64,000 bases of DNA from an uncultured bacterium (GCA_963705915.1 OY970126.1:515552-579551), one strand, 5' to 3'; positions 9,778 through 21,423 are shown, counted from the first letter of the stretch. Notes: a model not told the origin generated them from the letters alone. Made by a program: numbers and translations.

Positions 9778-10191
9778 ATGGGAGAGATGTATATCTTTGC
9801 CAAGTTTTGCAAACACGCAGAAAGAGATCAGAACGATTCTCTCAAAAGCATCGTGGAGCGTATCGAGGGTAGACTAACCGAGTATTTCAGGACCAAAATC
9901 GACCCGATCGACGCGGTCATCATTGAACCTTTTGCAACGCGCATCAAACAAGGCGAAGAAAACGCCGATATCCTCGTTCAGACGCTCGGCATTCTCCCCA
10001 ACGATTATCGCTCGGAGTGCTTCGAAAAGGACCTCGAAAAAGCAGCCGCGATCATCGCTGACTACTGCGGCAGAATGTTTTCATGCGATCGCTGCAAAGA
10101 AGAACGAGCCGTGCGCTGCAGGGTTTATGCTCTCGACGGCATCGTGAGAAACGTGTTCAAGCCGGGAGGAGTGAGAATGACGGTCGCCTAA
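9778..10191 (+). CDS. Hypothetical protein
   Basis: ATG at 9778 after an AGGAGG SD; CDRC motif; terminator follows. Confidence 0.6.
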   Translation: MGEMYIFAKFCKHAERDQNDSLKSIVERIEGRLTEYFRTKIDPIDAVIIEPFATRIKQGEENADILVQTLGILPNDYRSECFEKDLEKAAAIIADYCGRMFSCDRCKEERAVRCRVYALDGIVRNVFKPGGVRMTVA

Positions 10192-10205
10192 CGGCACCCA
10201 TCAAT

Positions 10206-10240
10206 AAAAATCCCCAGCATTCGTGCCGGGGACTTTTTTT
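10206..10240. terminator. Bidirectional terminator
   Basis: A5-TCCCC...GGGGA-C-T7 between convergent genes, immediately after rplK. Confidence 0.7.
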
Positions 10241-10253
10241 ATTTCAATAATTT

Positions 10254-10679
10254 TTATTCCGTAACCTCGATTCCCATATTCTTCGCAGTGCCGCGGATGA
10301 TCCGCTCGGCTGCGTCGAGGTCGGTCGTGTTGAGATCGGGAAGTTTCCGCTCGGCAATCGCGCGCACGTCGGCCTTCGTCACTTTGCCGACTTTCGCGGT
10401 GAGCGGATTCGCTGCGCCTTTCTCGATGCCAGCGGCTTTCTTGAGAAGCGCTGAAGCGGGCGGCGTTTTTAACGTGAACGAAAAACTGCGGTCTTCGTAG
10501 ATCGTGATCTCAGCAGGGACGATATCGCCACGCATATCTTTGGTTGCATCGTTGAACTGCTTGCAAAAATCCTGGATGTTAATACCTTGCGGGCCAAGCA
10601 CGGTGCCGACCGGCGGTGCAGGATTCGCAGCCCCTGCGGGGAGTTGCAACTTTAATACGGTTTTAATCTTCTTCGCCAT
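10254..10679 (-). CDS. rplK: 50S ribosomal protein uL11
   Basis: [15 protein letters not shown] and FTLKTPPAS motifs. Confidence 0.98.
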   Translation of the reverse strand: MAKKIKTVLKLQLPAGAANPAPPVGTVLGPQGINIQDFCKQFNDATKDMRGDIVPAEITIYEDRSFSFTLKTPPASALLKKAAGIEKGAANPLTAKVGKVTKADVRAIAERKLPDLNTTDLDAAERIIRGTAKNMGIEVTE

Positions 10680-10735
10680 AGTAGGAATATGATAACCGAA
10701 GGAGTGGGTTAAATCAAGCGCCCAGGCCGAGGATC

Positions 10736-11233
10736 TTAAAACGGAATTTCTTCAGGCTTTATCTCGTTTTCGTCGTCAAGACTGATGATGGGCACCTCGT
10801 CTTCTTTTGCGTCATTGCTAACAGGCTTTATATCATCCCCTGACGGCACAGCGCCCGAAGCGCCACCCGACGCGGCACCGCGAAAACCTCCGCCTTGTCC
10901 GCCGCCTGGCCGCGGACCAAGCTGTAAGCGTTCCGCAACGACTTCTGTGGTTTTCCGTTGTCCCCCATTTTTATCCGTCCAACTGCGCGTCTGCAATCGT
11001 CCTTCGATTAAAACCATCGCGCCCTTCGTGAGATATTGCCCGGCGATCTCCGCCTGGCGGCCCCAGAGCACAACGTTATGAAATTCGGTTTCTTCTTGTT
11101 TCTGGTTGTTTTTATCCGTCCACACCCGATTGGTCGCGACGCCGATCGTCGTGACCGCCGAACCGCCCGGCGTTGTCCGCACCTGCGGATCTGCCGTCAC
11201 CCGTCCCACCAAAAGCACCTTGTTTAAATCCAT
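10736..11233 (-). CDS. ssb: Single-stranded DNA-binding protein
   Basis: [18 protein letters not shown] and acidic C-terminal EEIPF. Confidence 0.98.
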   Translation of the reverse strand: MDLNKVLLVGRVTADPQVRTTPGGSAVTTIGVATNRVWTDKNNQKQEETEFHNVVLWGRQAEIAGQYLTKGAMVLIEGRLQTRSWTDKNGGQRKTTEVVAERLQLGPRPGGGQGGGFRGAASGGASGAVPSGDDIKPVSNDAKEDEVPIISLDDENEIKPEEIPF

Positions 11234-11326
11234 GGATTTTTTAGGTTTTGTTTAGGTTTATTGTATGACTTTGCATCTATAGTAGCAAATAGCACATTAA
11301 AAGAATCTAAAAAAACAATTAAAAAT

Positions 11327-11444
11327 AAATAAAAATGCTAGGGCTTCCTGAGGGGCTCTCGGAGCCGCGAAGGCGGCGAGAGGCGAGGCGCGCGTCCAGT
11401 AGGACGCGACGCCGTACCCGAAGGAGGTCCTAGCGTTTTTATTT
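11327..11444 (+). repeat. Structured repeat element, copy 1
   Basis: About 23-bp outer IR enclosing CTC-GGA-GCCGC-GAAG-GCGGC-GA-GAG and GGCG-CGCGTCC-AGTA-GGACGCG-A-CGCC. Abuts the rpsF stop codon. Confidence 0.85.
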
Positions 11445-11891
11445 TTATTGCAGAATCTCTTCTATTTTCTTCTCCAAGGCTTCGTTCGAAAGCGGACGCG
11501 GAGCTTGCGGCTTTGCGGCGGGAGCTTCAGCTCCCGGCGTTGCAGAGCGCATTGGTCGACGCGGTCGGCGCATGGCACCCATGTTCGGCATAATCTTTTC
11601 CGCGGCCGGCGGCGAGGCGATGATCATAGAACGCAAAACGTCGGTGCGTGAATTCAAATCTTTTTCCAAATTCTTGGCATTTTCCGGATAGGCGCGGAAG
11701 TTGCAGTACGCAAAGACCGCCTCCTTGTGCTTCTTGATTTCGTAGGCGAGCGCCAGGTTTCGGGCTTTCGGTTCAGCCGATATCTCTCCCTCATGTTGAC
11801 CGATGAGCGTTAAAACATTCGGTAAATCCGCCTCGGTTTTGATGAGAACGGCGATTTCGTATTCCTTTTTGTCGATATCCTCGCGATTCAT
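11445..11891 (-). CDS. rpsF: 30S ribosomal protein bS6
   Basis: YEIAVL, LAYEIKK and VLRSMII; upstream of ssb. Confidence 0.9.
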   Translation of the reverse strand: MNREDIDKKEYEIAVLIKTEADLPNVLTLIGQHEGEISAEPKARNLALAYEIKKHKEAVFAYCNFRAYPENAKNLEKDLNSRTDVLRSMIIASPPAAEKIMPNMGAMRRPRRPMRSATPGAEAPAAKPQAPRPLSNEALEKKIEEILQ

Positions 11892-11982
11892 GTTTAGCTA
11901 TGATAGCAAGGGTTTCGGTGATTGTCCAGGCCTATTTTTTAATAAGAATTTAACCCCGCATATGGATAATGGATGATGCGGT

Positions 11983-12054
11983 GGGGATGGCACAATGGTT
12001 GACCCTGTCTTGGGGGCCAGGGTTCACGGGGTCCGGATTCCCCGCACCTCCACC
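11983..12054 (+). ncRNA. Candidate tRNA-like RNA resembling the tRNA-like domain of tmRNA
   Basis: GGGGATG/CACCTCC-A-CC acceptor with a G3.U pair, D-stemless loop ending GAC, CCCTG/CAGGG stem and CGGGG/CCCCG T-like arm. A bidirectional terminator follows. Confidence 0.4.
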
Positions 12055-12065
12055 GCGCTTTAATA

Positions 12066-12103
12066 CAAAACAAAAAGACCCGTTGATGGGTCTTTTTGTT
12101 TTG
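12066..12103. terminator. Bidirectional terminator after rpoBC
   Basis: Perfect IR CAAAACAAAAAGACCC/GGGTCTTTTTGTTTTG. Confidence 0.8.
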
Positions 12104-12117
12104 GCGAAGTCTATCGC

Positions 12118-15100
12118 CTATTTCTCAGATGCCCCACCGCTCGGTGCCGCCGCAGCAGCCACTTCCTCCTCTTCTATATCTTCTTCGTGAAGGATGTGAA
12201 CGCCTTCAATATCCTGTTTACCGGCCGGGATCAGGCGGCCGATGATGACGTTTTCCTTCAAGCCGCGGAGTTTGTCCACCTTGGCTTCGATGGCTGCTTT
12301 CACGAGGACACGAGATGTGTCTTGGAATGAAGCCGCGGAAAGGAATGATTCAGCAGAAAGTGCAATGCGGGTGATGCCAAGCAATACCTCTTCTGATTTG
12401 GCGAGTTTCGCGCCCTGTTTCTTGAGCTCCTTATTCACTTCGAGGAACTTGGACTTCTCAACAATCTCGCCCATCACGAAGTCAGGTGCATCGCCGCCTT
12501 CCGTAATCTTCACGCGCGAGAACATCTGCTTCACGATCATTTCGATATGCTTGTTGTTGATCGAAGCGCCTTCGGAGAGATAGATTTTCTGGACTTCATT
12601 CACAATGTAGCGAGCGACTTCACGCATGCCCTTGTGTTCATACAACTCGTGGATGTCGAGGTTGCCTTCGGTGAGGAGGTCGCCCTTCTGAACCTTGTCG
12701 CCCTGATGGGCAAAGAACACCGTGCCGCGCGGGACGCTCACTTCCTGAGCTTTGGCCTTCTTGTTTTCCGCGATAAAGCGGATCGTCTTCAAATTGCCCT
12801 TTTCTTCGATCTTATCCACCGTCCCGTCGAATGGTGCGAGGATAGCGCGGCCCTTCGGTGAACGGGTTTCGAAAATTTCTTCGACCCGCGGAAGGCCGTG
12901 CGTGATGTCGGCACCGGCGACACCGCCCGAGTGGAAGGTGCGCATGGTGAGTTGAGTGCCCGGTTCGCCGATGGACTGTGCGGCGAGAACGCCGACGGCC
13001 GTGCCAAAGGCAACCGGTTTGCTCACGCCGAGATCAAAGCCATAACAACGTGCGCAAATGCCATAAAGCGTTTTGCACGTGATGGGTGACCGCACGATGA
13101 CTTCATCAATCTTGGTTGCTTCGATCGCTTCGGCCATCTCCTTGGTGATGGTTTCATTCGCACGGACAAGAATCTTGTTGCCGACTTTGATGTCGTGAAG
13201 CGCGGTGCGGGAATAGAGTTTCGATGAAAAACTCTGATTGAATTCTTTGCCGTCGCTGCGGAGGATGTCGATGCCTTCCTTGGTGCGGCAATCTTCCTCG
13301 CGGATCGTGAGATCCTGCGACACGTCAACCAAACGGCGCGTGAGATAACCAGCCTGCGCGGTCTTCAAAGCGGTGTCGGTCGTGCCTTTGCGGGCGCCGT
13401 GCGTCGAGATGAAGTATTCGAGAACCGACAAACCCTCCTTTAGGGACGACTTCACGGGAAGTTCGATCGTCTCGCCTTTCGGGTTTTGCACGAGTCCTTT
13501 CATACCCATCATCTGGATCGGCTGCGACCATGAACCGCGGGAACCGGAATCAACGATCTGGTAAATAGAATTGTCGATCGGCAAAATGCCGGAGACAATC
13601 TTCGCGAGCTCATTCTTGGTGCGCTCCCAAACGCTGATGACGCGGCTGCGGCGTTCGGCTGCGGTGAGTAAGCCTTCCGCAAATTGTTCGTGGATGAGAT
13701 TCACTTCGGCGTCGGCCTTCTTCATCACTTCCACTTTTTCCGGCGGGATCACGAGATCTGCCATCGCCCAGGTGATACCGGAGGTCGTCGCCATGTCGAA
13801 ACCGAGGAACTTCACGCGGTCGATCACGTCGCGCGTGGCATCCATGCCGTGGTCATGGAAAATCTTACTGAGCAACTGGTTCAATTTCTTCTTTGTTATC
13901 ACGTCGTTCACGAACGGGATCGTATCGCCGAGGGCGCGATTGAAAACCAAGCGGCCGGCGGTCGTCTCTATACCCTTCACGATGATCGGTGTATGAAGCG
14001 TGATGGCGCCGAAATGATGCGCGAGGAGCGCCTCATCTAAGCCGGTCATATGCTTTACCGGACCCTGTCCTTCAATTCTGCGGGTGAGATAGTAGCAACC
14101 AAGGACAACGTCATTCCACGGACCCGGGATGAGATCACCGGTCGCAGGCTTGAGCAAGTTTTTGCCGGCGGACATGATTTCTTCCGCTTCTTTCTGTGCT
14201 GGTTCGGAGAGCGGCAAGTGAACGGCCATTTGGTCGCCGTCGAAGTCTGCGTTAAACGCTGCGCACACGAGCGGCGGCAATTTGATCGCCAAGCCTTCAA
14301 CGAGCTGCGGACGGAACGCCTGCACCGACAAGCGGTGCAACGTTGGAGCGCGGTTCAAAAGCACGCGCTTCCCCTGCATCACTTCTTCGAGAACGGCGAG
14401 CACTTCGGGCGTGTGTTCTTCCATGTAACGCGAGGCGCTGCGAATGTTATGGGCCAAGCCGCGCTTGATGATCTCGGAAACGACGAATGGGCGGAAAAGT
14501 TCCAAGGCCATGCGCTTCGGAATACCCATCTCGTCGAGCTTCAATTTTGGACCGACGACGATAACCGAACGGCCAGAGTAGTCCACACGCTTACCGAGCA
14601 AGTTCTGACGGAAGCGACCCTGTTTGCCTTTCAACATGTCGGCGAGCGAGCGAAGCGGACGGCGCTGAGCGCTAAGCTGCTGGGTGCCGAAACGGGCCGA
14701 GTTATCAATCAAGGCATCAACAGCTTCCTGCAGCATGCGCTTTTCGTTACGGACGATCACGTCCGGCGCTTTGATCTCGAGCAATTTCTTGAGGCGATTG
14801 TTGCGGTTGATCACGCGGCGATACAAATCGTTCAAGTCGGACGTGGCATAACGGCCGCCGTCGAGGGCCACCATCGGACGGAGATCCGGAGGCAGCACGG
14901 GGAGCGAGGTCATGATCATCCATTCCGGCCGAGAGCCATTGCGGATCATCGCTTTGAACATCTTGAGGCGACGAAGCAGCTTGCTCTGGGCGAGCGGATC
15001 TTTGGCGCCTTCGAGTTCGGTCTCAATCTTCTGGATTTCTTTCTTGAGATCCATCTTTTCGAGAATCGAACGGACGGCCTCTGCACCGGATGAAGCCTTG

Positions 15101-18100
15101 AAAATGTTGCCGAATTTGCGCGAGAGCGTGAAGTATTCGTTCTCTGAAAGAATCTGGCCGACATGCAAGTCTTCCAAATAATCCTTGGTGGTGTCGGCGG
15201 CTTCGAGAATCTCGCCTTTCACGGCTTTGTCTTTATTGCCGACGGTCTTTAATTTGCCCTTGAGTTCGCGATCCAACTCGGCGAGGGCTTCCTTGCGGTT
15301 GTCTTCTTTTATTTCCGTGATGATGTATGCCGAATAATAAATGACGCGCTCCAATTTCTGTGCCGACACATCGAGCGAGAGCGAAAGGCGCGACGGGATG
15401 CTCTTCAAAAACCAGATGTGGCTCGCGGGTGTCGCGAGGGCGATGTGGCCGATGCGTTCGCGGCGGACCGCTGCACGCGTCACTTCAACACCGCACTTGT
15501 CGCAGACAACGCCCTTATAGCGGATCCTGCGATATTTGCCGCAGTAGCATTCATAATCTTTCGTTGGGCCGAAAATGCGCTCGGAGAATAAGCCATCTTT
15601 TTCAGGCCGCTGCGTGCGGTAGTTGATCGTCTCGGGCTTCGTGACCTCGCCATGCGACCAGCGCGCAATGTCTTCCGGCGAGGCAACGGTGATACGCAAC
15701 GCCGAGAAGCTGTCTTTGCGATCGGTTTCTGATTCATAAAGCGGTTGGATGTTGAATCCGAGCGACTTCAATTCGTTCACCAACACATTGAACGAGGCCG
15801 GAACGTTCGGCTCTTTGATCTGTTCGCCGCGGATGATCGATTCGTATGCCGCAGCACGACCAATCACGTCATCGGATTTGATCGTGAGCATTTCCTGAAG
15901 CGTGTGTCGTGCGCCGTAGCCTTCGAGCGCCCAGACTTCCATCTCACCGAAGCGTTGGCCGCCGAACTGCGCTTTACCGCCAAGCGGCTGCTGAGTGATG
16001 AGCGAGTATGGACCGATCGAACGCATGTGCGCCTTGTCTTCCACAAGGTGGTTCAGCTTGAGCATATAGATCTGACCAACGGTCACGCGATTATCGAACG
16101 CAACGCCGGTGCGGCCGTCGAAGAGCTTCACTTTGCCGTCTTTCGGAAGGCCAGCTTTTTCGAGTTCCGTTTCGATTTCGGCTTGCGTGGCAGAATCGAG
16201 TCCCGGCGTGATGGCACGATAGCCGAGCTTCGAAGCAGCCCAACCAAGATGGGTTTCCAAAATTTGTCCGAGGTTCATACGGGAGATGACGCCGAGCGGA
16301 TTCAAAACGATGTCAACCGGCGTGCCGTCTTCGAGATACGGCATATCTTCCACGGCGCGCACTTGCGAGATGACCCCTTTGTTGCCGTGCCGTCCGGCGA
16401 GTTTGTCGCCCGCCTGCACTTTGCGGAGTTCTGCGATTTCAACCTGAATACGCCGGATGATGCCGGGTTCGAGTTTGTCGCCGCGTTCGCGATCGAACAC
16501 TTTTACGTTCACCACACGACCGATTTTACCGTGCGGAAGCGTGAGCGACGTATCTTTCACGTCGCGCGCTTTTTCACCGAAGATTGCGCGCAAAAGCCGC
16601 TCTTCTGAGGTGAGTTCCGATTCACCTTTCGGAGAAATTTTACCGACAAGAATGTCCCCCGCTTTCACTTCGGCGCCGATGCGGACGATGCCTTCTTCAT
16701 CAAGGTTCTTCAATTTATCTTCTGAAACGTTAGGGATGTCGTAGGTCGTCACTTCCGGACCAAGCTTCGTATCACGCACGTCGCAGGAATATTCATCAAT
16801 ATGGATAGAGGTGAAACGATCGTCGCGGACGACGCGCTCGGAAATGATGATGGCGTCCTCAAAGTTTGCACCTTCCCATGAGACGAAGCTCACCAGAAGA
16901 TTTTGGCCTAATGCGAGCACGCCGTTTTCAATGGAAGGTCCATCGGCGAGGATTTGCCCTTTCTTCACTTTGTCGCCGGACGTGACGAGCGGACGCTGGG
17001 AAATACAGGTGAACTGGTTTGAACGCTTGAATTTCTCAAGCGTGTAATTCTTGGTTGCTTTTGGATATCTCACTTTGAGATGGGCTCCATCAGCTTCGAG
17101 AATTTCGCCATTTTCTTCGGCGACGATCACGTAGCCGGAGTCGAGCGCCACTTTTTCCTCTTGACCCGTTGAAACATAAGGCGCATCAGGCTTTACGGAC
17201 ACGACTGCCTGGCGTTGCATGTTGGAACCCATGAGCGCCCGGTTCGCATCGTCGTGCTGCAAGAACGGAATGAGCGACGTGGCAACGGAAACGAATTCAT
17301 GCGGCGCGACGTCGATATAATCGACTTCGTCCGGCGTCACCGTTCCCGGCTCACCTTTAATACGCGCTTCGAGCAACGGGCCAACGAGTTTGTCGTTTTC
17401 ATCCCGCTTGCTGCCGGCATGGGTAATCTTGTATTTTTCTTCTTCCGAAGCATCCATCCAAACAACGTCTTTCGTAATGACACTGTTCGTCACCTTCATG
17501 TACGGCGCCTCAAGGAAACCGAAATCGTTGATGCGGGTGTAGCTTGCGAGGTAGTTGATGAGACCGATATTCGAACCTTCCGGCGTCTGAATTGGACAGA
17601 TGCGACCATAGTGCGAGCGGTGCACGTCGCGCACTTCGAAACTCGCGCGCTCACGGGTGAGACCGCCCGGACCGAGCGCGGAAATGCGGCGCTTATGCTC
17701 AAGCTCCGCGAGCGGGTTCACCTGGTCCATAAATTGCGAGAGCTGTGAGCTTGCGAAAAATTCTTTGATGACGGCTGCGATCGGGCGGAAATTCACGAGC
17801 TGTGCAGGTTGAAGATTGTCTTTGTCTTCGGTCGACATGCGGTCTTGAATGATACGACGCAAGCGAGCGAGACCGATACGCAAACGGCCCTGGAGTAATT
17901 CGCCGACCGCCTTTAAGCGGCGATTGCCCAGGTGGTCGATGTCGTCCGGTTCAGCATCCGGGTCGTTATTTAAAGCGATGATTTCACGGACAATCCCAAC
18001 GATATCATCGGCATCAAGGAGCTTATAGGTCTTTTTTTGATTGAAGTCCAAACGCTGATTCATCTTGTAGCGGCCCACCTCCGAAAGGTCGTAGCGGTCG

Positions 18101-18876
18101 GGGCGCTCAAACATCGCACTGATGAGATTCTTCGCTGTTTCTGCGTTCGCCGGATCGCCCGGGCGCAAACGGCGATAGATTTCAACATATGATTCCGCAG
18201 CGTCCTTTGCGACGTCTTTCTTGAGCGTTGCATCGATGTATTTAATGAGTCCCCCGTCAACATCCTTGAATGCCGCGTGGATTTTTTCGGTCGTGAGGCC
18301 AAAGATACGGAGCAAATCGGTGACGGGCACCTTGCGGTGACGGTCGATCTTCACGCCGATTTCACCGTTGATGTCAGTTTCAAATTCGAGCCATGCGCCG
18401 CGGTTTGGAATAATTTTTGCGCCGAAAAGCTGACGGCCGCGATACGGGGTCGCCGTAAAATACACGCCCGCCGAACGTACAAGCTGGGAAACGACAACGC
18501 GCTCAACGCCGTTCACGATGAATGTGCCGCGTCCCGTCATGATCGGGAAATCACCGAAATAGACTTCTTGCTTTTGCTCCTTCCCCGTCCGCTTATTCAC
18601 CAAGCGGAGCGTGCAGCGCAACGGCGCTTCGTACGTCGCTTCTTTGTAGCGTGCCGTCGCTTCGTCATATTTCGGCTCATCAAATCGATAGTCCGAAAAA
18701 TATAATTCAAACTCCTTCCCGGTATGATCCCGGATCGGCGAGATTTCTTCGAGGAGCTCGTTTAATCCTTTTTTAAGAAACCATTCGTAGGATTTGAGTT
18801 GAGCTTCGTTCAAATTGAACGGAGCGATGAGCGACTTTGATTTACCGAACTGCTTCGTTGAGGTAAATTTTGCCAT
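12118..18876 (-). CDS. rpoBC: Fused RNA polymerase beta/beta' subunit
   Basis: One 2252-aa ORF with RpoB motifs ([25 protein letters not shown]) followed in frame by RpoC motifs (KPETINYRT, Zn finger, NADFDGD). Confidence 0.97.
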   Translation of the reverse strand: MAKFTSTKQFGKSKSLIAPFNLNEAQLKSYEWFLKKGLNELLEEISPIRDHTGKEFELYFSDYRFDEPKYDEATARYKEATYEAPLRCTLRLVNKRTGKEQKQEVYFGDFPIMTGRGTFIVNGVERVVVSQLVRSAGVYFTATPYRGRQLFGAKIIPNRGAWLEFETDINGEIGVKIDRHRKVPVTDLLRIFGLTTEKIHAAFKDVDGGLIKYIDATLKKDVAKDAAESYVEIYRRLRPGDPANAETAKNLISAMFERPDRYDLSEVGRYKMNQRLDFNQKKTYKLLDADDIVGIVREIIALNNDPDAEPDDIDHLGNRRLKAVGELLQGRLRIGLARLRRIIQDRMSTEDKDNLQPAQLVNFRPIAAVIKEFFASSQLSQFMDQVNPLAELEHKRRISALGPGGLTRERASFEVRDVHRSHYGRICPIQTPEGSNIGLINYLASYTRINDFGFLEAPYMKVTNSVITKDVVWMDASEEEKYKITHAGSKRDENDKLVGPLLEARIKGEPGTVTPDEVDYIDVAPHEFVSVATSLIPFLQHDDANRALMGSNMQRQAVVSVKPDAPYVSTGQEEKVALDSGYVIVAEENGEILEADGAHLKVRYPKATKNYTLEKFKRSNQFTCISQRPLVTSGDKVKKGQILADGPSIENGVLALGQNLLVSFVSWEGANFEDAIIISERVVRDDRFTSIHIDEYSCDVRDTKLGPEVTTYDIPNVSEDKLKNLDEEGIVRIGAEVKAGDILVGKISPKGESELTSEERLLRAIFGEKARDVKDTSLTLPHGKIGRVVNVKVFDRERGDKLEPGIIRRIQVEIAELRKVQAGDKLAGRHGNKGVISQVRAVEDMPYLEDGTPVDIVLNPLGVISRMNLGQILETHLGWAASKLGYRAITPGLDSATQAEIETELEKAGLPKDGKVKLFDGRTGVAFDNRVTVGQIYMLKLNHLVEDKAHMRSIGPYSLITQQPLGGKAQFGGQRFGEMEVWALEGYGARHTLQEMLTIKSDDVIGRAAAYESIIRGEQIKEPNVPASFNVLVNELKSLGFNIQPLYESETDRKDSFSALRITVASPEDIARWSHGEVTKPETINYRTQRPEKDGLFSERIFGPTKDYECYCGKYRRIRYKGVVCDKCGVEVTRAAVRRERIGHIALATPASHIWFLKSIPSRLSLSLDVSAQKLERVIYYSAYIITEIKEDNRKEALAELDRELKGKLKTVGNKDKAVKGEILEAADTTKDYLEDLHVGQILSENEYFTLSRKFGNIFKASSGAEAVRSILEKMDLKKEIQKIETELEGAKDPLAQSKLLRRLKMFKAMIRNGSRPEWMIMTSLPVLPPDLRPMVALDGGRYATSDLNDLYRRVINRNNRLKKLLEIKAPDVIVRNEKRMLQEAVDALIDNSARFGTQQLSAQRRPLRSLADMLKGKQGRFRQNLLGKRVDYSGRSVIVVGPKLKLDEMGIPKRMALELFRPFVVSEIIKRGLAHNIRSASRYMEEHTPEVLAVLEEVMQGKRVLLNRAPTLHRLSVQAFRPQLVEGLAIKLPPLVCAAFNADFDGDQMAVHLPLSEPAQKEAEEIMSAGKNLLKPATGDLIPGPWNDVVLGCYYLTRRIEGQGPVKHMTGLDEALLAHHFGAITLHTPIIVKGIETTAGRLVFNRALGDTIPFVNDVITKKKLNQLLSKIFHDHGMDATRDVIDRVKFLGFDMATTSGITWAMADLVIPPEKVEVMKKADAEVNLIHEQFAEGLLTAAERRSRVISVWERTKNELAKIVSGILPIDNSIYQIVDSGSRGSWSQPIQMMGMKGLVQNPKGETIELPVKSSLKEGLSVLEYFISTHGARKGTTDTALKTAQAGYLTRRLVDVSQDLTIREEDCRTKEGIDILRSDGKEFNQSFSSKLYSRTALHDIKVGNKILVRANETITKEMAEAIEATKIDEVIVRSPITCKTLYGICARCYGFDLGVSKPVAFGTAVGVLAAQSIGEPGTQLTMRTFHSGGVAGADITHGLPRVEEIFETRSPKGRAILAPFDGTVDKIEEKGNLKTIRFIAENKKAKAQEVSVPRGTVFFAHQGDKVQKGDLLTEGNLDIHELYEHKGMREVARYIVNEVQKIYLSEGASINNKHIEMIVKQMFSRVKITEGGDAPDFVMGEIVEKSKFLEVNKELKKQGAKLAKSEEVLLGITRIALSAESFLSAASFQDTSRVLVKAAIEAKVDKLRGLKENVIIGRLIPAGKQDIEGVHILHEEDIEEEEVAAAAAPSGGASEK

Positions 18877-19108
18877 GCGTAGTGATGAAAAATATATAAA
18901 ATATTTATTTTCTGGCGCAGTCCGTTTGATCGCAGTGACCAGCCGCGATCCGGGACGTTTGCCCTATAATGTGCCGGAACCCACGTTTTAACCCACGATG
19001 TATGCCCATTTCCAACGCGCGTTTTCGTCCTCACACGATAACGCGCAAAAAACGGCAAACCCCTCATTTCCTGTGAGGGATTCCGTTTATGAAGTTACGT
19101 TACTAAAC

Positions 19109-19136
19109 ATTATAGCCGTGCCAGAATCGTTGTCAA
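19109..19136 (-). promoter_or_regulatory. Sigma70 promoter of rpoBC
   Basis: TTGACA-16 nt-TATAAT on the minus strand. Confidence 0.8.
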
Positions 19137-19200
19137 GGGCCCCCTGCATGGCTCACAACGTTACTACAATCGAGCCGTTGAAATACTTTCCAAGGATTCC

Positions 19201-20226
19201 CTATTGAGAGAGATACTTTCTCTGGTTCGCTTCCTGCTGGGCCAAGGTCGTTGCATAGATCGTCTGTCCGGTCGCAGGATCGGAAAGATAATAAAGATAG
19301 GGCGAACTTTGAGGATTGAGCGCTGCCTGAATTGCTGAAACGCCAGGATTACCGATCGGGCCGGGCGGCAAGCCTTTATAACGATAGGTGTTGTAGGGCG
19401 AATCGATTTTGAAATCGCTCGGGGCGAGCGTGCTGCACGTTCCGTTTATGGTATCCGGTGAAGTCGTCGCCAAAACAGCACCTGGCATCGTGAGCAATTT
19501 GGCATAGCAGACCGTTGCGTCAACGTCGAGTGGAATTCCCTCCTTCAGGCGTTTGAGCAAAATGCCCGCAACAATCTCCTGGTCGGTTTGGTCCGGCACT
19601 TCTTTTTCAACAATCGAAGCAAGAATCAAATCCTGTGCTTCGTCCTTTGTGTCGCTCGCAAAAAGCGGAGTTGCCTTGCCGTTAAAATTTGTTAAGAATT
19701 CTTCAACAACGCTTGAGGCATTGGCGTCGGTGAAGAAATTGTACGTGTCAGGGAAAAGTCGTCCCTCAAGCGTACTGCTACCCTTGGTGATTAAATCTTC
19801 ATTAAAAGAAACAAGTGTGCCAGGATGAATCACAAGCGCATTGCTCAATATCGAATCAATTTGATAGATATTCGAACCTTCAGGGATCGTGACGGTTGTT
19901 TCGTTTGCAGTACTCCCTGCGAGTGCCGTGGCAAGCTGCGGCGCCCATTCCGATCCACTCAATTTATAAAGCCCCGGCTTCAAATCGAGCGCCCGACCAC
20001 TCAGGAGTAAATAAAATTCGGTGGCGATGGGCGAACGGATGAGCCCCGCACTATAAAGGTTGTCGACCGTGCCGCGGAATCCGTCGCCCGACTTAATTTC
20101 GAAAACCTGTGGCCCCGCGCTCGCGTTGGCCGGCGAAAGATCGTAGACAAAAATTGCAGCAACGATGAAAACGAGGATTACCGTGAGGCCGCCGACAAGA
20201 CTTTTTTTATTAAAAAATATTTCCAT
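19201..20226 (-). CDS. mltG: Endolytic transglycosylase MltG
   Basis: VTIPEG, LEGRLFPDTY, LASIVEKE and SPYNTY..GLPPGPIGNPG. Confidence 0.95.
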   Translation of the reverse strand: MEIFFNKKSLVGGLTVILVFIVAAIFVYDLSPANASAGPQVFEIKSGDGFRGTVDNLYSAGLIRSPIATEFYLLLSGRALDLKPGLYKLSGSEWAPQLATALAGSTANETTVTIPEGSNIYQIDSILSNALVIHPGTLVSFNEDLITKGSSTLEGRLFPDTYNFFTDANASSVVEEFLTNFNGKATPLFASDTKDEAQDLILASIVEKEVPDQTDQEIVAGILLKRLKEGIPLDVDATVCYAKLLTMPGAVLATTSPDTINGTCSTLAPSDFKIDSPYNTYRYKGLPPGPIGNPGVSAIQAALNPQSSPYLYYLSDPATGQTIYATTLAQQEANQRKYLSQ

Positions 20227-20230
20227 TGCG

Positions 20231-21277
20231 CTATGACTTTTTCCGTATCGAGTTAATCACGGCGAGCAAGAAAAAGTTTGCGAACATGCTCGATCCGCCA
20301 TAGCTCAAAAATGGAAACGTGACGCCGACGACCGGCAAGACGCCCGTTGTCGAGCCGGTATTCAAAAAGAATTGCATACCGAACATCACCGCAGCGCCAA
20401 GGCAAATAAATTTTTCAAAATTTTCATCGGCGAGCGCTCCGATGCGGAGGATCTGGAAAATGAGCGCGAGGAACGCAACGACGACCACGACGCCACCGAC
20501 AATCCCCCATTCTTCAATGAGCGCGGCGAAGATAAAATCTTCCGACGGCTCCGAAAGAAACCCGAGCTGGGTTTCCGAGCCCTGGCCATAACCCTTGCCC
20601 CAAAAGCCTGCCGAGCCGATCGCAATCTTCGATTGGGTGACGCTATAGTTGATGCCGAGCGCATTCGCCTGAGGGTCAAGAAAACCGATGATGCGGGCTC
20701 GGTGATAATCCTTTAAAACGTAGACCCATATGAACGCCCCGGCGAGCGCAAAGATGACAAGGGTGACGACGATGCGGCGCCACGGCAGTCCCGAGAGCAA
20801 GAGAAAACCGAACCAAATTGCAAAAAAGATGACCGCCGAGCCGAGGTCGGGCAGCTTCACCGCGATCGCAGCGGGGATGATAAAAAAGAAAAATGACGTA
20901 AAAATATTTTGCCACCGCGCAACGGCGAGGTGCCGCCGCGCAAAATAATTCGCGTACACGAAGATGAGCGCAACTTTCAAAAGTTCAACCGGCTGGATGC
21001 TGATCGGGCCGAATACGAGCCAGCTCTTCGTGTTGCGGATGACGGGGCCAAAAAGATATGCGGCAACGAGGAGCAAAAGCGATCCTCCGTAAAAAACCCA
21101 GACCACCCAGCGTGAATTGAAGATAGCGCGCGCGTCGACGAACATGAAGATGGCGACAAGCGCCATACCGACGACGATCCATATGATTTGGAGAACAAAA
21201 AAATGGAATGAAATCGCCGAAAGCATCACGAGACTTGCAGCGATGAGAATAGCAACGGGTATAAAAAGCGCGATCAT
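20231..21277 (-). CDS. rodA: SEDS peptidoglycan polymerase RodA/FtsW
   Basis: IQPVELLK, PDLGSA, QSKIAIGSAG..GKG, EEWG and PFLSYGGSS. Confidence 0.88.
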   Translation of the reverse strand: MIALFIPVAILIAASLVMLSAISFHFFVLQIIWIVVGMALVAIFMFVDARAIFNSRWVVWVFYGGSLLLLVAAYLFGPVIRNTKSWLVFGPISIQPVELLKVALIFVYANYFARRHLAVARWQNIFTSFFFFIIPAAIAVKLPDLGSAVIFFAIWFGFLLLSGLPWRRIVVTLVIFALAGAFIWVYVLKDYHRARIIGFLDPQANALGINYSVTQSKIAIGSAGFWGKGYGQGSETQLGFLSEPSEDFIFAALIEEWGIVGGVVVVVAFLALIFQILRIGALADENFEKFICLGAAVMFGMQFFLNTGSTTGVLPVVGVTFPFLSYGGSSMFANFFLLAVINSIRKKS

Positions 21278-21300
21278 GTGAATTGGAAAAATTATATCAC

Positions 21301-21423
21301 AAGGCGAAGAAGAGCGTCTGTCTTCAAGGGCTATCGGAGGCCGCGAAGGCGGCCGAGACTTCGAGCGGTCGCGCGAGCACGCGCGAACCGCGCACCTTGA
21401 AGATAGAGGCTCTTCTTCGCCTT
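21301..21423 (+). repeat. Structured repeat element, copy 2
   Basis: About 29-bp outer IR enclosing TC-GGA-GGCCGC-GAAG-GCGGCC-GA-GA and GCGG-TCGCGCG-AGCA-CGCGCGA-A-CCGC. Abuts the stop codon at 21424. Confidence 0.85.

Noticed and set aside
12242-18705. Many long plus-strand ORFs (e.g. 14050-15093, 15745-16608) opposite rpoBC, and similar ones opposite alaS, pilB and thyA
   Set aside because: Antisense shadow ORFs expected from codon bias in conserved genes; they show no motifs or expression signals.
19015-19050. Hammerhead-like TGAGGACGAAA in the rpoBC leader (minus strand)
   Set aside because: It lacks the CUGAUGA core and three-stem junction; a simple hairpin explains it.
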